DNA of 64,000 bases from Waddliaceae bacterium (GTDB taxonomy: Bacteria; Chlamydiota; Chlamydiia; Chlamydiales; SLFE01). Positions 10,537 through 25,883 of the stretch are shown piece after piece. The notes beneath the pieces are model-generated. The model was not told the DNA's origin, did no database searches, and was given only the letters and a program-made list of their open reading frames with translations. A program made the translations under genes and the position numbers. Location of the stretch: positions 1-64,000 of the forward strand of contig CAWAPJ010000017.1 in assembly GCA_963783885.1 (NCBI GenBank). The letters run 5' to 3'. Numbering within the stretch: the stretch's first letter is position 1; each line of letters opens with the position of its first letter.

Positions 10537-11280
10537 ATGCGTCAGTTAATCCTTGTGTTCTGTTTACTTCTGGGTAGAGTCGAGGGCGCCGAACTTCACG
10601 CCATCTTATTTATTGACAGTTTGGCTGAAAACATTGAAACGGCTATGACCTGCAACTATGCGAAATGGGCGGAAATTTTGCAAAAGGTTTCGGAGTTTAC
10701 AAATCTTGAAATTCATGAATATGTTTTTTTCGGTCATGAACTTAAAGTGGAGGACATCCGAAGTCTTCTAAGCTCGGTAAACTTCGATGCGGATGATGTT
10801 GCGATTTTTTATTTTTGCGGACATGGCTTTCGTACGCAAATGAAGCAGGATCCCTGGCCCTATCTTTCCCTTTCGATTGAAAACAAATCGGTTGATTTTT
10901 CCGAGATTACACAGATTTTGATGGATAAAAGCCCCCGCCTTTTATTATCCATGGTCGATTGCTGCAACAATTTTATCGACACCCCTTTTGATGAAGTTGT
11001 TGAAGAAAGTTTTTTGCCTCAAGTCTCAAAAGTTGTGGAAAAAAATTATCGTAAGCTTTTTCTTGAAACTCAAGGAGCGATTGTTGTCTCCAGTTCTCAG
11101 CCGGGGCAGTTTTCCTGGGCCTGGGTGCGGCGCGGCAGCTGCTTTACACTGGCTTTTTTCGAATCTTTGAAACGCGAGGTACGGCATCCAAAAGGCACCG
11201 ACTGGCCAGTCATCTTAGAAAAGGCAGGTGAAAAAGTCAAAAAACTCCAAACCCCCCAATATCTGATCATGGATAAATAG
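10537..11280 (+). CDS. caspase/metacaspase-family (peptidase C14) protein with signal peptide
   Basis: His and Cys dyad motifs FYFCGHG and MVDCCNN; SSSQPGQFSW...GSCFT...QTPQ; N-terminal hydrophobic leader. Confidence 0.78.
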   Translation: MRQLILVFCLLLGRVEGAELHAILFIDSLAENIETAMTCNYAKWAEILQKVSEFTNLEIHEYVFFGHELKVEDIRSLLSSVNFDADDVAIFYFCGHGFRTQMKQDPWPYLSLSIENKSVDFSEITQILMDKSPRLLLSMVDCCNNFIDTPFDEVVEESFLPQVSKVVEKNYRKLFLETQGAIVVSSSQPGQFSWAWVRRGSCFTLAFFESLKREVRHPKGTDWPVILEKAGEKVKKLQTPQYLIMDK

Positions 11281-11314
11281 ACAGTTAAGTCGTTATGAAT
11301 TATAATTTTAGATA

Positions 11315-16232
<4,918 letters not shown>

Positions 16233-16237
<5 letters not shown>

Positions 16238-16261
16238 AGAGGGAATTCATCCCTCTCTAAT
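16233..16261. terminator. probable bidirectional terminator hairpin
   Basis: Perfect 12-bp stem ATTAGAGAGGGA / TCCCTCTCTAAT with a 5-nt loop, between convergent stop codons. Confidence 0.65.
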
Positions 16262-16268
16262 TATGCTT

Positions 16269-17377
16269 TTAAGCGGCATTCACTTCCCATTCGAAAATTT
16301 CATCGACATCAATGATGTTTTCTTCAAGCGAGAGCGGCTTTTCCATTTGTTCATTGCCGATGGTTATATGGAAATCATGTCCTTGCAGCTTGGGTTTTAA
16401 ACCATAGTGCGTTCGCAATCTCTCCAAAGCCGGAGAATCTGCGGCCAGCAGCCAAAGGCGTTTCTGGCCATTCGCTGTTTTTCTATCCACATACCGCAGC
16501 TCTTTTACCTCAAAGGCAAACCACTCTCCCGCTTCTGTGAGATTCCAAATTTCTTTTCCAATCATTTCATCTTCATGAATAACGCTGATATGGGCGCCCA
16601 TTTTTTTTGGCTTAGTGGAAACAGGCGCAAATTCACCTTGAAGCGGAAGCTGCTGCCAGATGTCATCAATGAATTGGTTGCTGACATCCAGATAAACGAA
16701 TCCGTTACCCTTCAATTTCAACTGGCCGATGGCGTCAACTTTTGCCGCAGTAGAAAGGATATGACTATCTTCGACTGCAACAAAGTCGCCTTGGGTGTAG
16801 AGTCCTTCTGCGGGATGTCAGAGAAGTTGAATGAAGAAAGCTCCTCTACCGCTTCCCAATTCTCAGGAGCTGAGGGCATTTGTTTTCCCAAGGTGATATG
16901 AAAGTCATACCCTTTGAGTTTGGGACTGCAGCCGTATTTCTGGCGTAAATTTTCCAGCTCGGGGGAGTCGACAGCGATGACCCAGAGCTTTTTGAGGCCG
17001 TCTCTAGTATGGAGTGTGAAGCTTCGGATTTCTTTAAAGTCAAATGAGAAAAGGGCGCCTAATTCTTCAGGTACCAGATTCTCTTTTTCATGGAATACGC
17101 TGATATGCGCTCCTATCGAGCGCGATGCTGTTGGTCTTGCCCGAAGAATCCCTTCATGGTCAAGAAGAGACACTATTGCTGTGATGAATTCATTGGGTAC
17201 ATCCAAATAGACAAATCCATTTTCTTTCTGTTTCAGGATTCCTTGATTTGGAAGAGTGATCGCCTCTTCAGCGGCGATCGGCTGACTCTCGACTCTGTGA
17301 TCTTCCTTACCAGCCAGTGGAGAAAGAATTAACAGTAGAAGAAAAAAATAAATTAAAAACTTTTTTATATTATTCAT
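16269..17377 (-). pseudogene. exported protein with two tandem 2H-phosphoesterase-like domains, split by a 1-nt frameshift near 16812
   Basis: Both ORFs (16718-17377, 16269-16721) carry GFVYLDV, GAHISV and FHIT(L/I)G (HxS/HxT pair). The downstream frame is open back to about 16810 (EGLYTQGDFVAVED...GQLKLKGNG); one extra C in ATCCCG joins them. Confidence 0.75.
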
Positions 17378-17455
17378 TTGGCAACCTCCTTATAGGATTA
17401 GTTGCCTTCAGTATTTTATAAGGTCATGTTTGTAAAGTTAATAGGAAAAAATATT

Positions 17456-18367
17456 TTATTTTTTTAAGGGGAAGGGAAATGTTTTGAAGTCTTCCGCGGC
17501 AAAAGTGTTAGGAAAGATTTTGCGCGCTTCTTCCTCAAAAACCGCAGGTTCGGTGTAGCGGGCGGAAAAGTGAGTGAGGATGAGCTCTTCGGCGCCGGCT
17601 TCTTGGGCAATCTCGGCGGCCTGGGAGGCGGTCAGGTGGAAGTGTTTTTTGGCAAGGTCTTTGTCCTCGTCGAGGTAAGTACTTTCAGAAATGAGGATGC
17701 GGGCGCCTCTTGCGATGTGAACGGCGTTTTTGCAGGGGAGCGTGTCGATGACAACAGCAATGCTCTCACCTTTGCGTATCCAGCTGACGTCGTCCAAAGC
17801 GACTGCCTTGCCGTCTATTATGATGGATCCTTTTTGCTGCAATTCTTTAACAAGGGGACCCCTTACTCCAAAATTGTCCAGCTGAGTCCGATCGAACTTG
17901 CGGGTATCGGGTTCTGTAACGCGCCAGCCGATATTGTCGACGCCATGTTCCAAAAAGGCAGCTTCGATAGTGAAATTTTCATCTTTGTACACGATCCCTT
18001 CATTTTCGACAGGATGTTCGATCACTTCAATGACTTCGTGGTACATGGTGCCGTAGCGGAGACGGTCGAAGTATTTTTTGCCGCTTGCGGGATAAAAGCA
18101 ATGAATGGGTTGGGTTACTTTGTCAAGGTTCAGACGCATAAGAAAAGACCCGAGCCCGAGGCAGTGGTCGCCGTGAAAGTGGGACACAAAAATATAGTTG
18201 ACGACTGTGGGGGCGATGTTGGCGAAGATGAATTGTCTTTGCGTTCCCTCTCCCGGATCAAAGAGAAGGCCGCACCCGTTCCAGCGAAAGAGATAGGCGC
18301 CGTGGTTGCGATACCGGGTGGGCTGCTGGCTTGAGCAGCCGAGTATTGTCAGATCTCTTACAGTCAT
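17456..18367 (-). CDS. rnz: ribonuclease Z
   Basis: [34 protein letters not shown]. Confidence 0.93.
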   Translation of the reverse strand: MTVRDLTILGCSSQQPTRYRNHGAYLFRWNGCGLLFDPGEGTQRQFIFANIAPTVVNYIFVSHFHGDHCLGLGSFLMRLNLDKVTQPIHCFYPASGKKYFDRLRYGTMYHEVIEVIEHPVENEGIVYKDENFTIEAAFLEHGVDNIGWRVTEPDTRKFDRTQLDNFGVRGPLVKELQQKGSIIIDGKAVALDDVSWIRKGESIAVVIDTLPCKNAVHIARGARILISESTYLDEDKDLAKKHFHLTASQAAEIAQEAGAEELILTHFSARYTEPAVFEEEARKIFPNTFAAEDFKTFPFPLKK

Positions 18368-19539
18368 GTCCGCCACGCAAAAAATTTCATTCGCCCCAAG
18401 ATGATGCCGACGGCGGCTCCTGTCAGGTGCGCTGTGTTGGCGATCCCGATTCCGAATGAGCTGTTAAAGAAAACTTGTACAAAAAAACCGACAATCTGGA
18501 TAGCGAGCATGCCGAGAATAAAAACGGTCAGAAGCATCAAAGTTGCGGGCTGCAGGATGTACCCTTCCCAGGGAGCGATTTTTTGCCGGACCCAGATGAA
18601 TCCAAGCATGGCGGTCAGGACTCCCGAAAAGCCGACAAAATTCGATCCGCTCATGAGGTACTGAAAAGTGCTTGAGATGATGGCGGCGATAATGATAAAT
18701 ATGATGTATCGAAGCGGTTTGATCCTCTCTTCAATTTGCCTTCCGAGAACAAGAAGCCAAAGCATGTTGAACAATATATGAAATATGCCGCTGTGCAAGA
18801 TGGCGGGCGTGGCAAGGCGCCACACTTGTCCCTGGCTGATTTTTTCAAATAAGGGGGCTTTTATGTCGAGGTTTTCTTTAGACCCCGAGAATGCGGCCAC
18901 CAGTTTTGGATAAAACCCCTGCCATACAGGAGTGTGAAAATAGGTATTGAGAAGGAGTTGTCCCTGTGGTGGAAGCTCCTGAGGTTTCTGCAGTTTTTTA
19001 ATTCCATACTGTTTTACGACTTCATCGAGAATCGAATAGGCTTTTGGCCAGTCATACATCAGTTCCTTGTTGATAGCGGGGCTAAAAACGGCGATTGGAG
19101 GAAGCATTTTGGGAATGGGCACAATTTTCGGGGTGGTAAAGGCTCCCCAGATAAATGTGATGATGCAAAGGATGATAATGTAGCGAGTCACGGGACCGGT
19201 ACGCGTAGCCGGAGCGGCAGACGGGGGGCTGCTTTTGGAAATGATTTTATCCGGTTTCAGTTGTTTAAATGGGGGAGGCTTGATCGCGCTTGCTTTGGGT
19301 GATAAGACCCGAAAATTTTCATCTTCGGGATTGTCTTTAAAACGTTTCAGCTCATCGATGACTTCGTCAACGCGGTCTTCGTCGACGACCCAGATTTGAC
19401 AGGCGGGGGTGCCGTATTGATCGCTTCCCCAATCTTTGTTGACCACAAGTTCTATACGATGTTCGATTCCTTTTTCATTGAGATAGGCGGAAAACCGTTC
19501 ACAAAGAGCTGGATTTTCGATTGTCCCTACGATCCGCAT
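18364..19539 (-). CDS. rhomboid intramembrane serine protease (GlpG-like)
   Basis: [19 protein letters not shown] (catalytic Ser), ANTAHLTG (catalytic His). Confidence 0.88.
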   Translation of the reverse strand: MRIVGTIENPALCERFSAYLNEKGIEHRIELVVNKDWGSDQYGTPACQIWVVDEDRVDEVIDELKRFKDNPEDENFRVLSPKASAIKPPPFKQLKPDKIISKSSPPSAAPATRTGPVTRYIIILCIITFIWGAFTTPKIVPIPKMLPPIAVFSPAINKELMYDWPKAYSILDEVVKQYGIKKLQKPQELPPQGQLLLNTYFHTPVWQGFYPKLVAAFSGSKENLDIKAPLFEKISQGQVWRLATPAILHSGIFHILFNMLWLLVLGRQIEERIKPLRYIIFIIIAAIISSTFQYLMSGSNFVGFSGVLTAMLGFIWVRQKIAPWEGYILQPATLMLLTVFILGMLAIQIVGFFVQVFFNSSFGIGIANTAHLTGAAVGIILGRMKFFAWRT

Positions 19540-19542
19540 CAG

Positions 19543-20052
19543 TTAAACCTTTGCTCGATCATACAGGTTTAGGATTTTGTTGACAATTTGCGATGTCGAA
19601 AGCCCGGGGATAAGAGCGACATAGTGGATCTTTCCTCCCAGGGATTTGACGAGATCCTCTTCAATGCAGTGATCTTTCCACTGGATACCGTTGACATGAA
19701 CATCGGGTTTGATTTTTTTGAGAAACTCTCTGGGATCGGTCTCGTCAAACCATGAGACATAGTCGACCCATTCAAGCGCCGCCATCATCTGCAGGCGGCT
19801 GTCCAGGGGGATAATCGGCCTTGAAGGGTCTTTGTATTCTTTGATTGAGCTGTCGCTGTTGAGGCCGACAATGAGAACGTCGGCAAGCTGCGAGGCTTCA
19901 TAAAGAGACTGCAAATGGCCGGCGTGCAGTAGGTCATAAGAGCCGTTGATTGTGGCGATTGTTTTTCCCGATTTCCGGCAGGAGTCGGCGGTTTTTTGCA
20001 GATCCGATGGAAGCAGTAATTTTTTTTTATAGTCGCCTTGCCACTGTTTCAC
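19543..20052 (-). CDS. standalone RfaE domain-II (HldC-like) sugar-1-phosphate adenylyl/cytidylyltransferase
   Basis: NGSYDLLHAGH, LIVGLNSDSS..YK.P.RP, IKPDVHVNG, GLSTS. Confidence 0.82.
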   Translation of the reverse strand: MKQWQGDYKKKLLLPSDLQKTADSCRKSGKTIATINGSYDLLHAGHLQSLYEASQLADVLIVGLNSDSSIKEYKDPSRPIIPLDSRLQMMAALEWVDYVSWFDETDPREFLKKIKPDVHVNGIQWKDHCIEEDLVKSLGGKIHYVALIPGLSTSQIVNKILNLYDRAKV

Positions 20053-22520
20053 ACATACTCCTCTTCCGCGAAACGGGGGAATGCGAGTTTAAAGACTTCG
20101 TCGTAATGGTCGACAAAATGAAAATTGAGCCCTTTTTGCAAATAGTCGGGAAGCAATTCGATATCCCGTTCGTTTTCTTTGGGAAAAATCACATCCTTGA
20201 GTCTGGCTCTTTTGGCAGCTACAACTTTCTCTTTGACCCCGCCGATGCCAAGCACCCTTCCGGTCAGCGTCAATTCTCCTGTCATGCCGAGATCATCGAC
20301 GATCGGTTCATCGAGGACAAGCGACAAAAGCGCCGTCACCATGGTAACGCCGGCGGAAGGGCCGTCTTTGGGAGTGGCTCCTTCCGGGATGTGGATATGG
20401 ACTTCGGATTTATCGAAAAAAGTATATGTCGGGGCATATTTGGAAAGGGCGCCATGCAGGTATGTCCAGGCAATCTGCGAAGATTCTTTCATCACATCGC
20501 CTGCCTGGCCTGTCAGCTTCATAATGGTTTTTTCTGCGGGGACTTTCATGGTTTCGATGTAGAGTGTCGCGCCCCCTAGCGCTGTCCAGGCAAGGCCGGT
20601 AGCGACGCCCACAGGTGTTCTTTCGTAGAAGCGGTCGCTAGTGAATATGGGTTTGCCCAAATACTTTTCAAGCAGGTTGGGACTGAGCTTGATGGCCTTG
20701 ACATCCTGACTTTTTCCGCTTTTGTTTTTTTTCTGTTTATTTTCGACAATTTCCATAGCGACTTTGCGGAGTATTTTTTTGATGTAATTCTCCAGGGATC
20801 TCACTCCTGCCTCACGGGCATAGCCATTAATCAGCTGCCGAAGAGAATCTCTGGTAAAGGCTACATTTTTGGCTTTCAATCCCATGACTTTACGGTTGCG
20901 GGGAATGAGGTACTTCATGGCGATTTCGATTTTTTCTTCCATGATATAACCTGACATTCGCAGGATTTCCATACGGTCGAGAAGCGGCTCGGGGATCGTG
21001 TCAAGCACGTTTGCCGTCAGGATAAAGAGGACATTGGAAAGATCGCATCTGACATCGAGGTAGTGATCGAGGAATTCGACATTCTGTTCGGGATCGAGCA
21101 CTTCGAGAAGAGCAGACACAGGATCCCCCTGATGGGAATTACCGCCGATTTTATCAATTTCGTCGATCATAATGACCGGATTCATTGTTTGGCTGTATTT
21201 GAGGGCTTGCACAAGTTTTCCGGGCATAGCTCCGATATAAGTCCGCCTGTGTCCTTTAATCTCGGCCTCGTCGCGCATTCCTCCGACTGAAAAACGGTAG
21301 AATTTTCTATTGAGTGCCCTGGCAATGCTTCTGCCGATGCTGGTTTTACCGACTCCGGGAGGGCCGACCAGGCAAATAATGCTCCCTTTAACGCCTCCTG
21401 CCAGCTGTCCGACTCCGATAAATTCGAGAATTCTTTTTTTGATATCTTCCAAGCCGTAGTGGTCCTTTTCAAGAACCTTTTTTGCAACGGTCAAATCGAA
21501 ATTTTCTTCGCTGTCAATGCCCCAGGGAACGATCGTCAGCCAATCGAGGTATCCCCGTGAAACGGCGTATTCGGCGGATTGGATATCCAATGTGGCCAGC
21601 TTCTCCATCTCTTCATTCACCACTTTCTTCACATCGGCCGGAAGTTTTCTTTCTTTGAGTCGTTTTTCGAATTTTTCAAAATCTGGCGACTTCTCGTCCT
21701 TTTCAATGCCAAGCTCCCGTTTGATCGTCTTGAGCTGTTCCCTAAGGAAGTACTCCCTTTGGGTTTTAGAGATCCCCGCTTCAATTTTTTGACTTAAGTT
21801 ATACTGAAGCTTGGTCAGATCGAGTTCATTTTTCAGAAGGGTCAAGGCTTTTTCAATCCTGTCGTCGACTTCGAATGTTTCGAGAACCTCTTGAAGCTCT
21901 TCACGGCTTGCCGTGGTTAAGGCGACAGCAAAATCGGCGAGTTTCCCCGGTTCGGTGAAATCCGAGTGGCCCAGAAAAATTTGCAGCTCTTCTTTAAAGA
22001 GGGGGTTGAGTTTGAGCAAATCTTTAATTGTGGAGATGATGCTGATGGCGTATGCTTTCATCTCTTTGTTCAAAAGATTATTGTCGTCGTGGTATTTGAC
22101 TTTGGCCATCAGATATTTTCTCTTCGGGATGGACTTGACAAGGGAAATGCGCTTTTCCATATTGAGGATGACTTGGGCCCCTCCCTGCTCCATAGGGATA
22201 ATTCTCAGAACCCTGGCGAGGACCCCGACTTTGTGCAGATCTTTTATTTTGGCTTTATAAATGTCGATCTCTTCATTTTTCGTGAGAACCAGCCCGACGC
22301 ATTTGTGTTCGGATTTGGCAATGATTTTAAGCAGTTCATAATAAGGGCCGGGTTCGATGACAAGGGGAGCGGCCATGCCGGGAAAAAAGGGGCGCCTGAG
22401 CAAGGGAAAGATAAACAGCTCTTTGGGCAGATCGCCGGTTTTTTTCTCTATCAGCTGAGAGTCGTCGAGTGAGTTGACCAATTGATTTTCGAAATCATCT
22501 TCGACGGAGTTTTCTTCCAT
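20049..22520 (-). CDS. lon: ATP-dependent protease La
   Basis: GPPGVGKTS, GHRRTYIGAMPG, IDEIDK, PKDGPSAG (catalytic Ser), IGGVKEK. Confidence 0.96.
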   Translation of the reverse strand: MEENSVEDDFENQLVNSLDDSQLIEKKTGDLPKELFIFPLLRRPFFPGMAAPLVIEPGPYYELLKIIAKSEHKCVGLVLTKNEEIDIYKAKIKDLHKVGVLARVLRIIPMEQGGAQVILNMEKRISLVKSIPKRKYLMAKVKYHDDNNLLNKEMKAYAISIISTIKDLLKLNPLFKEELQIFLGHSDFTEPGKLADFAVALTTASREELQEVLETFEVDDRIEKALTLLKNELDLTKLQYNLSQKIEAGISKTQREYFLREQLKTIKRELGIEKDEKSPDFEKFEKRLKERKLPADVKKVVNEEMEKLATLDIQSAEYAVSRGYLDWLTIVPWGIDSEENFDLTVAKKVLEKDHYGLEDIKKRILEFIGVGQLAGGVKGSIICLVGPPGVGKTSIGRSIARALNRKFYRFSVGGMRDEAEIKGHRRTYIGAMPGKLVQALKYSQTMNPVIMIDEIDKIGGNSHQGDPVSALLEVLDPEQNVEFLDHYLDVRCDLSNVLFILTANVLDTIPEPLLDRMEILRMSGYIMEEKIEIAMKYLIPRNRKVMGLKAKNVAFTRDSLRQLINGYAREAGVRSLENYIKKILRKVAMEIVENKQKKNKSGKSQDVKAIKLSPNLLEKYLGKPIFTSDRFYERTPVGVATGLAWTALGGATLYIETMKVPAEKTIMKLTGQAGDVMKESSQIAWTYLHGALSKYAPTYTFFDKSEVHIHIPEGATPKDGPSAGVTMVTALLSLVLDEPIVDDLGMTGELTLTGRVLGIGGVKEKVVAAKRARLKDVIFPKENERDIELLPDYLQKGLNFHFVDHYDEVFKLAFPRFAEEEYV

Positions 22521-22743
22521 AGGGCGCTCTTCGTGAAAAAAATTCAAAATATACCTTGACTTATGATGTGTCTATTGATTGATTTTAAGATGATTATTTT
22601 ATCTTTTGCCTATGTAAATTTCAATGAATTTCCCTTTTTCTTTATGATGGTCCTTTGAGGCCCCTTAAGTCAACTGATTTTCTAAGTATCAGAGTATTAA
22701 ACCTTATTGGAATATTATTGCTTTTAGGTTATCCTAGAGCCAT

Positions 22744-23889
22744 ATGAAATCCTCGGAGCAAAATATTTTATTTAATTATCGCCAAAAGGCTGAAAAACAA
22801 GAGGTTGAGAAGCTCTACTCCAAAGCGGCCTTCTCATCCGGCCACAGCCGTTTTTTTGGCCCCGAAGACGACCACCGGATGCCGTATAAACGGGATGTCG
22901 ACCGCATTGTCCACTCAAAAGCCTATGCCCGCTACGTGGACAAGACTCAGGTCGTGTACCTGGTCCAGAACGACCATATCTCCCACAGAAGCCTTCATGT
23001 ACAACTGGTGAGCAATTTTGCCAGAGGAATCGCTGAAATTCTCAGGCTCAACCTCGACCTGGTTGAGGCTATAGCTTTGGGCCATGATGTCGGCCATCCT
23101 CCATTCGGACATGAGGGTGAGGAGTATTTGAGTGAGCTGTCCAGTGAATATGGGCAAGGGCTTTTTGCCCATCCGGCCCAGTCGTGCCGCCTTCTCTCGG
23201 TCATAGAGCCGCTGAATTTGGGGCTCGATGTCTACGACGGGTTTCTTTGTCATGACGGCGGCATGAAAAACCCTGTCATCGAACCCAATTTCGACAAAAG
23301 CTGGGATGACCATTTTGAGGAAGTCTCCCTAAGGCTCGAAGATCCTAAACTCAATATCATGCCTAAAACACTAGAGGGATGCCTTGTCAAAATTTGCGAT
23401 ACGATGAGTTACCTGGGGCGGGATATCGAAGATGCGATCAGCTTGGGAATCATCGAGCGAAGCGATATCCCCGATGCCGGCATGGGAAAATCCAATCGGG
23501 AAATTCTCTCTTTTCTTGCTCAGGATGTGATTCAAAACAGCTATGAAAAAGATTATATCGCTATGTCTGACAAGGCATTTCAAGCGCTTAAAGAGCTGAG
23601 AAAATTTAATTTTGAAAATATCTATCAGCATCCCAAGCTTAAGGTGGAATCGGAGAAGATTCGGCAAAGCTACCGCATTTTGTTCGAGCAGCTTCTGAGC
23701 GATCTGAAGAATGCCGGCGAGTCAAGTTATATCTGGATCAATTTTCTTTGCAACAAACCTGAAGAGTATCTGGAAAAAACTCCAAAAGTACGGATGGTCA
23801 TCGATTACATTTCAGGCATGACGGACAACTATTTTGTCAGAACTCTTCAAAATATTTTTATCCCAAAACGCATTACGTTGCATGAATGA
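22744..23889 (+). CDS. HD-domain dGTP triphosphohydrolase-like protein
   Basis: RDVDRIVHSKAY...KTQV, GHDVGHPPFGHEGE, DIEDA, DYISGMTDNY. Confidence 0.85.
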   Translation: MKSSEQNILFNYRQKAEKQEVEKLYSKAAFSSGHSRFFGPEDDHRMPYKRDVDRIVHSKAYARYVDKTQVVYLVQNDHISHRSLHVQLVSNFARGIAEILRLNLDLVEAIALGHDVGHPPFGHEGEEYLSELSSEYGQGLFAHPAQSCRLLSVIEPLNLGLDVYDGFLCHDGGMKNPVIEPNFDKSWDDHFEEVSLRLEDPKLNIMPKTLEGCLVKICDTMSYLGRDIEDAISLGIIERSDIPDAGMGKSNREILSFLAQDVIQNSYEKDYIAMSDKAFQALKELRKFNFENIYQHPKLKVESEKIRQSYRILFEQLLSDLKNAGESSYIWINFLCNKPEEYLEKTPKVRMVIDYISGMTDNYFVRTLQNIFIPKRITLHE

Positions 23890-24547
23890 ATTTTATCTCA
23901 TTATCGATACGAGTACTCAGCAGGGGCTTGTGGCTTTATTCCGGGGGGAGGAGTGTGTTAAGGAGGTGATGCTTCCTCACGGATTTCAAAACTCCCGCTC
24001 GCTGGTGCCTGTTCTCGACAATTTATTTTCTTCTCTAAACAAGAAACCGCAGGATCTCGATTTTGTCGCCGTCGGTATCGGACCGGGTTCGTACACCGGT
24101 ATTCGCGTCGGTGTTGTTGTGGCCAAGATGATTCACTACACATGCAAAATCCCTCTTGTCGGCGTCTGTTCTTTGACTGCGTTTGTCCCTAGCCGCGAGG
24201 GAAAATTCGTTTCGCTTCTCGACGCGCGCATTAGCGGAGTCTATGCTCTGGAAGGCGAGAAGGTACAGGATAAAATCACCTGGTCTCCTCAGCCCGAGGC
24301 GATCCCTCTGGAAAAATTTTCTGCAGGCCCTTTTGATATTCTCGTGACCCCCCATGAAAATCTTTTGGATAAAATTGTCACAGACAAGCCTTGGGAGATT
24401 GCGGCTCCCGACGCCGGTTCTCTTGCGGCATCCGCTCTTGACAACTTCCGCTCAGGAAAAATCGCAGAAGACGGCCGCGTCGACATCCTCTATCTTCGTA
24501 AAACCCAAGCTGAACTTGAGAGAGAAAAAGAGGTGAAAAATGAATAG
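23882..24547 (+). CDS. tsaB: tRNA t6A biosynthesis protein TsaB
   Basis: IIDTST, VGIGPGSYTGIRVG, LDAR, LYLR; start at ATG 23882. Confidence 0.9.
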   Translation: MNEFYLIIDTSTQQGLVALFRGEECVKEVMLPHGFQNSRSLVPVLDNLFSSLNKKPQDLDFVAVGIGPGSYTGIRVGVVVAKMIHYTCKIPLVGVCSLTAFVPSREGKFVSLLDARISGVYALEGEKVQDKITWSPQPEAIPLEKFSAGPFDILVTPHENLLDKIVTDKPWEIAAPDAGSLAASALDNFRSGKIAEDGRVDILYLRKTQAELEREKEVKNE

Positions 24548-25883
24548 TTCTTCCAATGTAAATTTTTCAAACTCTAGCGCTAGAGCGTATAATCCCATGG
24601 GGATCTCATTCGATCTGTTAGTGTCTAAATCCAGAGAATTTTATCGACGTTTTCCGGTTCCAATTGAACAAAACAGAATTGAAACCTTTGCGAAGACGAA
24701 GAAAATACAGGAGGAAGTCGTCGGTCATGCCCTAAAAACCCGGGCTCTTGTGCATAAAAAGGTGATGGTGTTAATCGCAGATTTTTTAACATTTAAGAAG
24801 AAATATGGAACGGAAAAAGAAAAAGCCGTCTATCAAGAGCTGGATGTTTCGAAATTCATCGATAGGGTGTTAAAAAAACGGCCGGTTGTATTTGTGGATG
24901 GTTGCGATGAATATTTGCTTAGAGATAAAACAGAGGGGATTGGCGGTTTTGAAAAGATAGGGTCCGAAGAGGAAAAACCTCCTTTGATATTAAGAGATTA
25001 TATTTCTTATGACGAAATGCCTATTTCGGCAATGGTCAGTATATCCTCTCCAACACACTTTATCAATAACGGCTCAAAGAATAATCAAGGAATTAAGGGC
25101 GAGGAGGGTTCTTACGAGAATCAAGGGGTCTATGTGGGAATGGTTGGAGCGCGATTTGAAAAGCCCGGCTATATGGAGTGGCGGCACATGATTGTCACGC
25201 CTGAGCAAAATACTCCCAAAAATGGTTATGGCAGGCAGGGAAAAGAAGAAGCTCCTCAGAAATTTAAATCTTTAAAGATGTGGGCAAGGTTTTATGGGGA
25301 GGGAAGTGGAGGCGAAAATTATCTCCCTCTCTACCAAGAAGTGCTTAATGATGAAACGGGAAAATTCCTGAAGATCAAAGACAACATTTTTTTGAATACT
25401 TGGGTTTATAAAAAAAGAATAAGAATGTCTCTTGAGCCTTTTTTTATCGATGCTGATGAAAGAGCCAAAGATGAAAAAAAGCAAGCTTATGTCATCGTAG
25501 AAGGAATTGGCCTGGGAGTTTGGAAAATAGCAAAAGAACAATCGAACTTGGTGCTGGAAGTTTGCGCTGAAATTTTAAAAGATCATGATTTTCCAAACAT
25601 TTCCGATATTAATTTTTGCAGAATTGAAGGAAATTCTTTGCAACTGAAACAGAAAGGAATAAAATTTCATTTTACTGATAGGAAGCCGGCAGAAAAATTA
25701 CAACAACCCCATGATGGGAAATTACTTGTGACCTCATTTGCCTGGGATAGCAACAGCTATCCGGGCAATGAATATTGGTGGGGATTGCTGGCTTCGTCAG
25801 CGGACCCGGCTGCCGCTTGTTGTTCTCATATTTCAGAGTTGCAAAATCCTGAAATCAATCCAATGACCCTGATTGCTACCTAA
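24540..25883 (+). CDS. DUF4804/MavL-like macrodomain-type ADP-ribosylhydrolase; last 10 codons displaced by the IS982 insertion
   Basis: ISYDEM, FINNGS.NN.G, VGARFEKPGYMEW, GIGLGVW, FAWDSNSYPGNEYW...ASSADPAAACCSHISELQNP. The native end VSGDNARILI* is found at 27016-27048, beyond the IS. Confidence 0.8.
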   Translation: MNSSSNVNFSNSSARAYNPMGISFDLLVSKSREFYRRFPVPIEQNRIETFAKTKKIQEEVVGHALKTRALVHKKVMVLIADFLTFKKKYGTEKEKAVYQELDVSKFIDRVLKKRPVVFVDGCDEYLLRDKTEGIGGFEKIGSEEEKPPLILRDYISYDEMPISAMVSISSPTHFINNGSKNNQGIKGEEGSYENQGVYVGMVGARFEKPGYMEWRHMIVTPEQNTPKNGYGRQGKEEAPQKFKSLKMWARFYGEGSGGENYLPLYQEVLNDETGKFLKIKDNIFLNTWVYKKRIRMSLEPFFIDADERAKDEKKQAYVIVEGIGLGVWKIAKEQSNLVLEVCAEILKDHDFPNISDINFCRIEGNSLQLKQKGIKFHFTDRKPAEKLQQPHDGKLLVTSFAWDSNSYPGNEYWWGLLASSADPAAACCSHISELQNPEINPMTLIAT

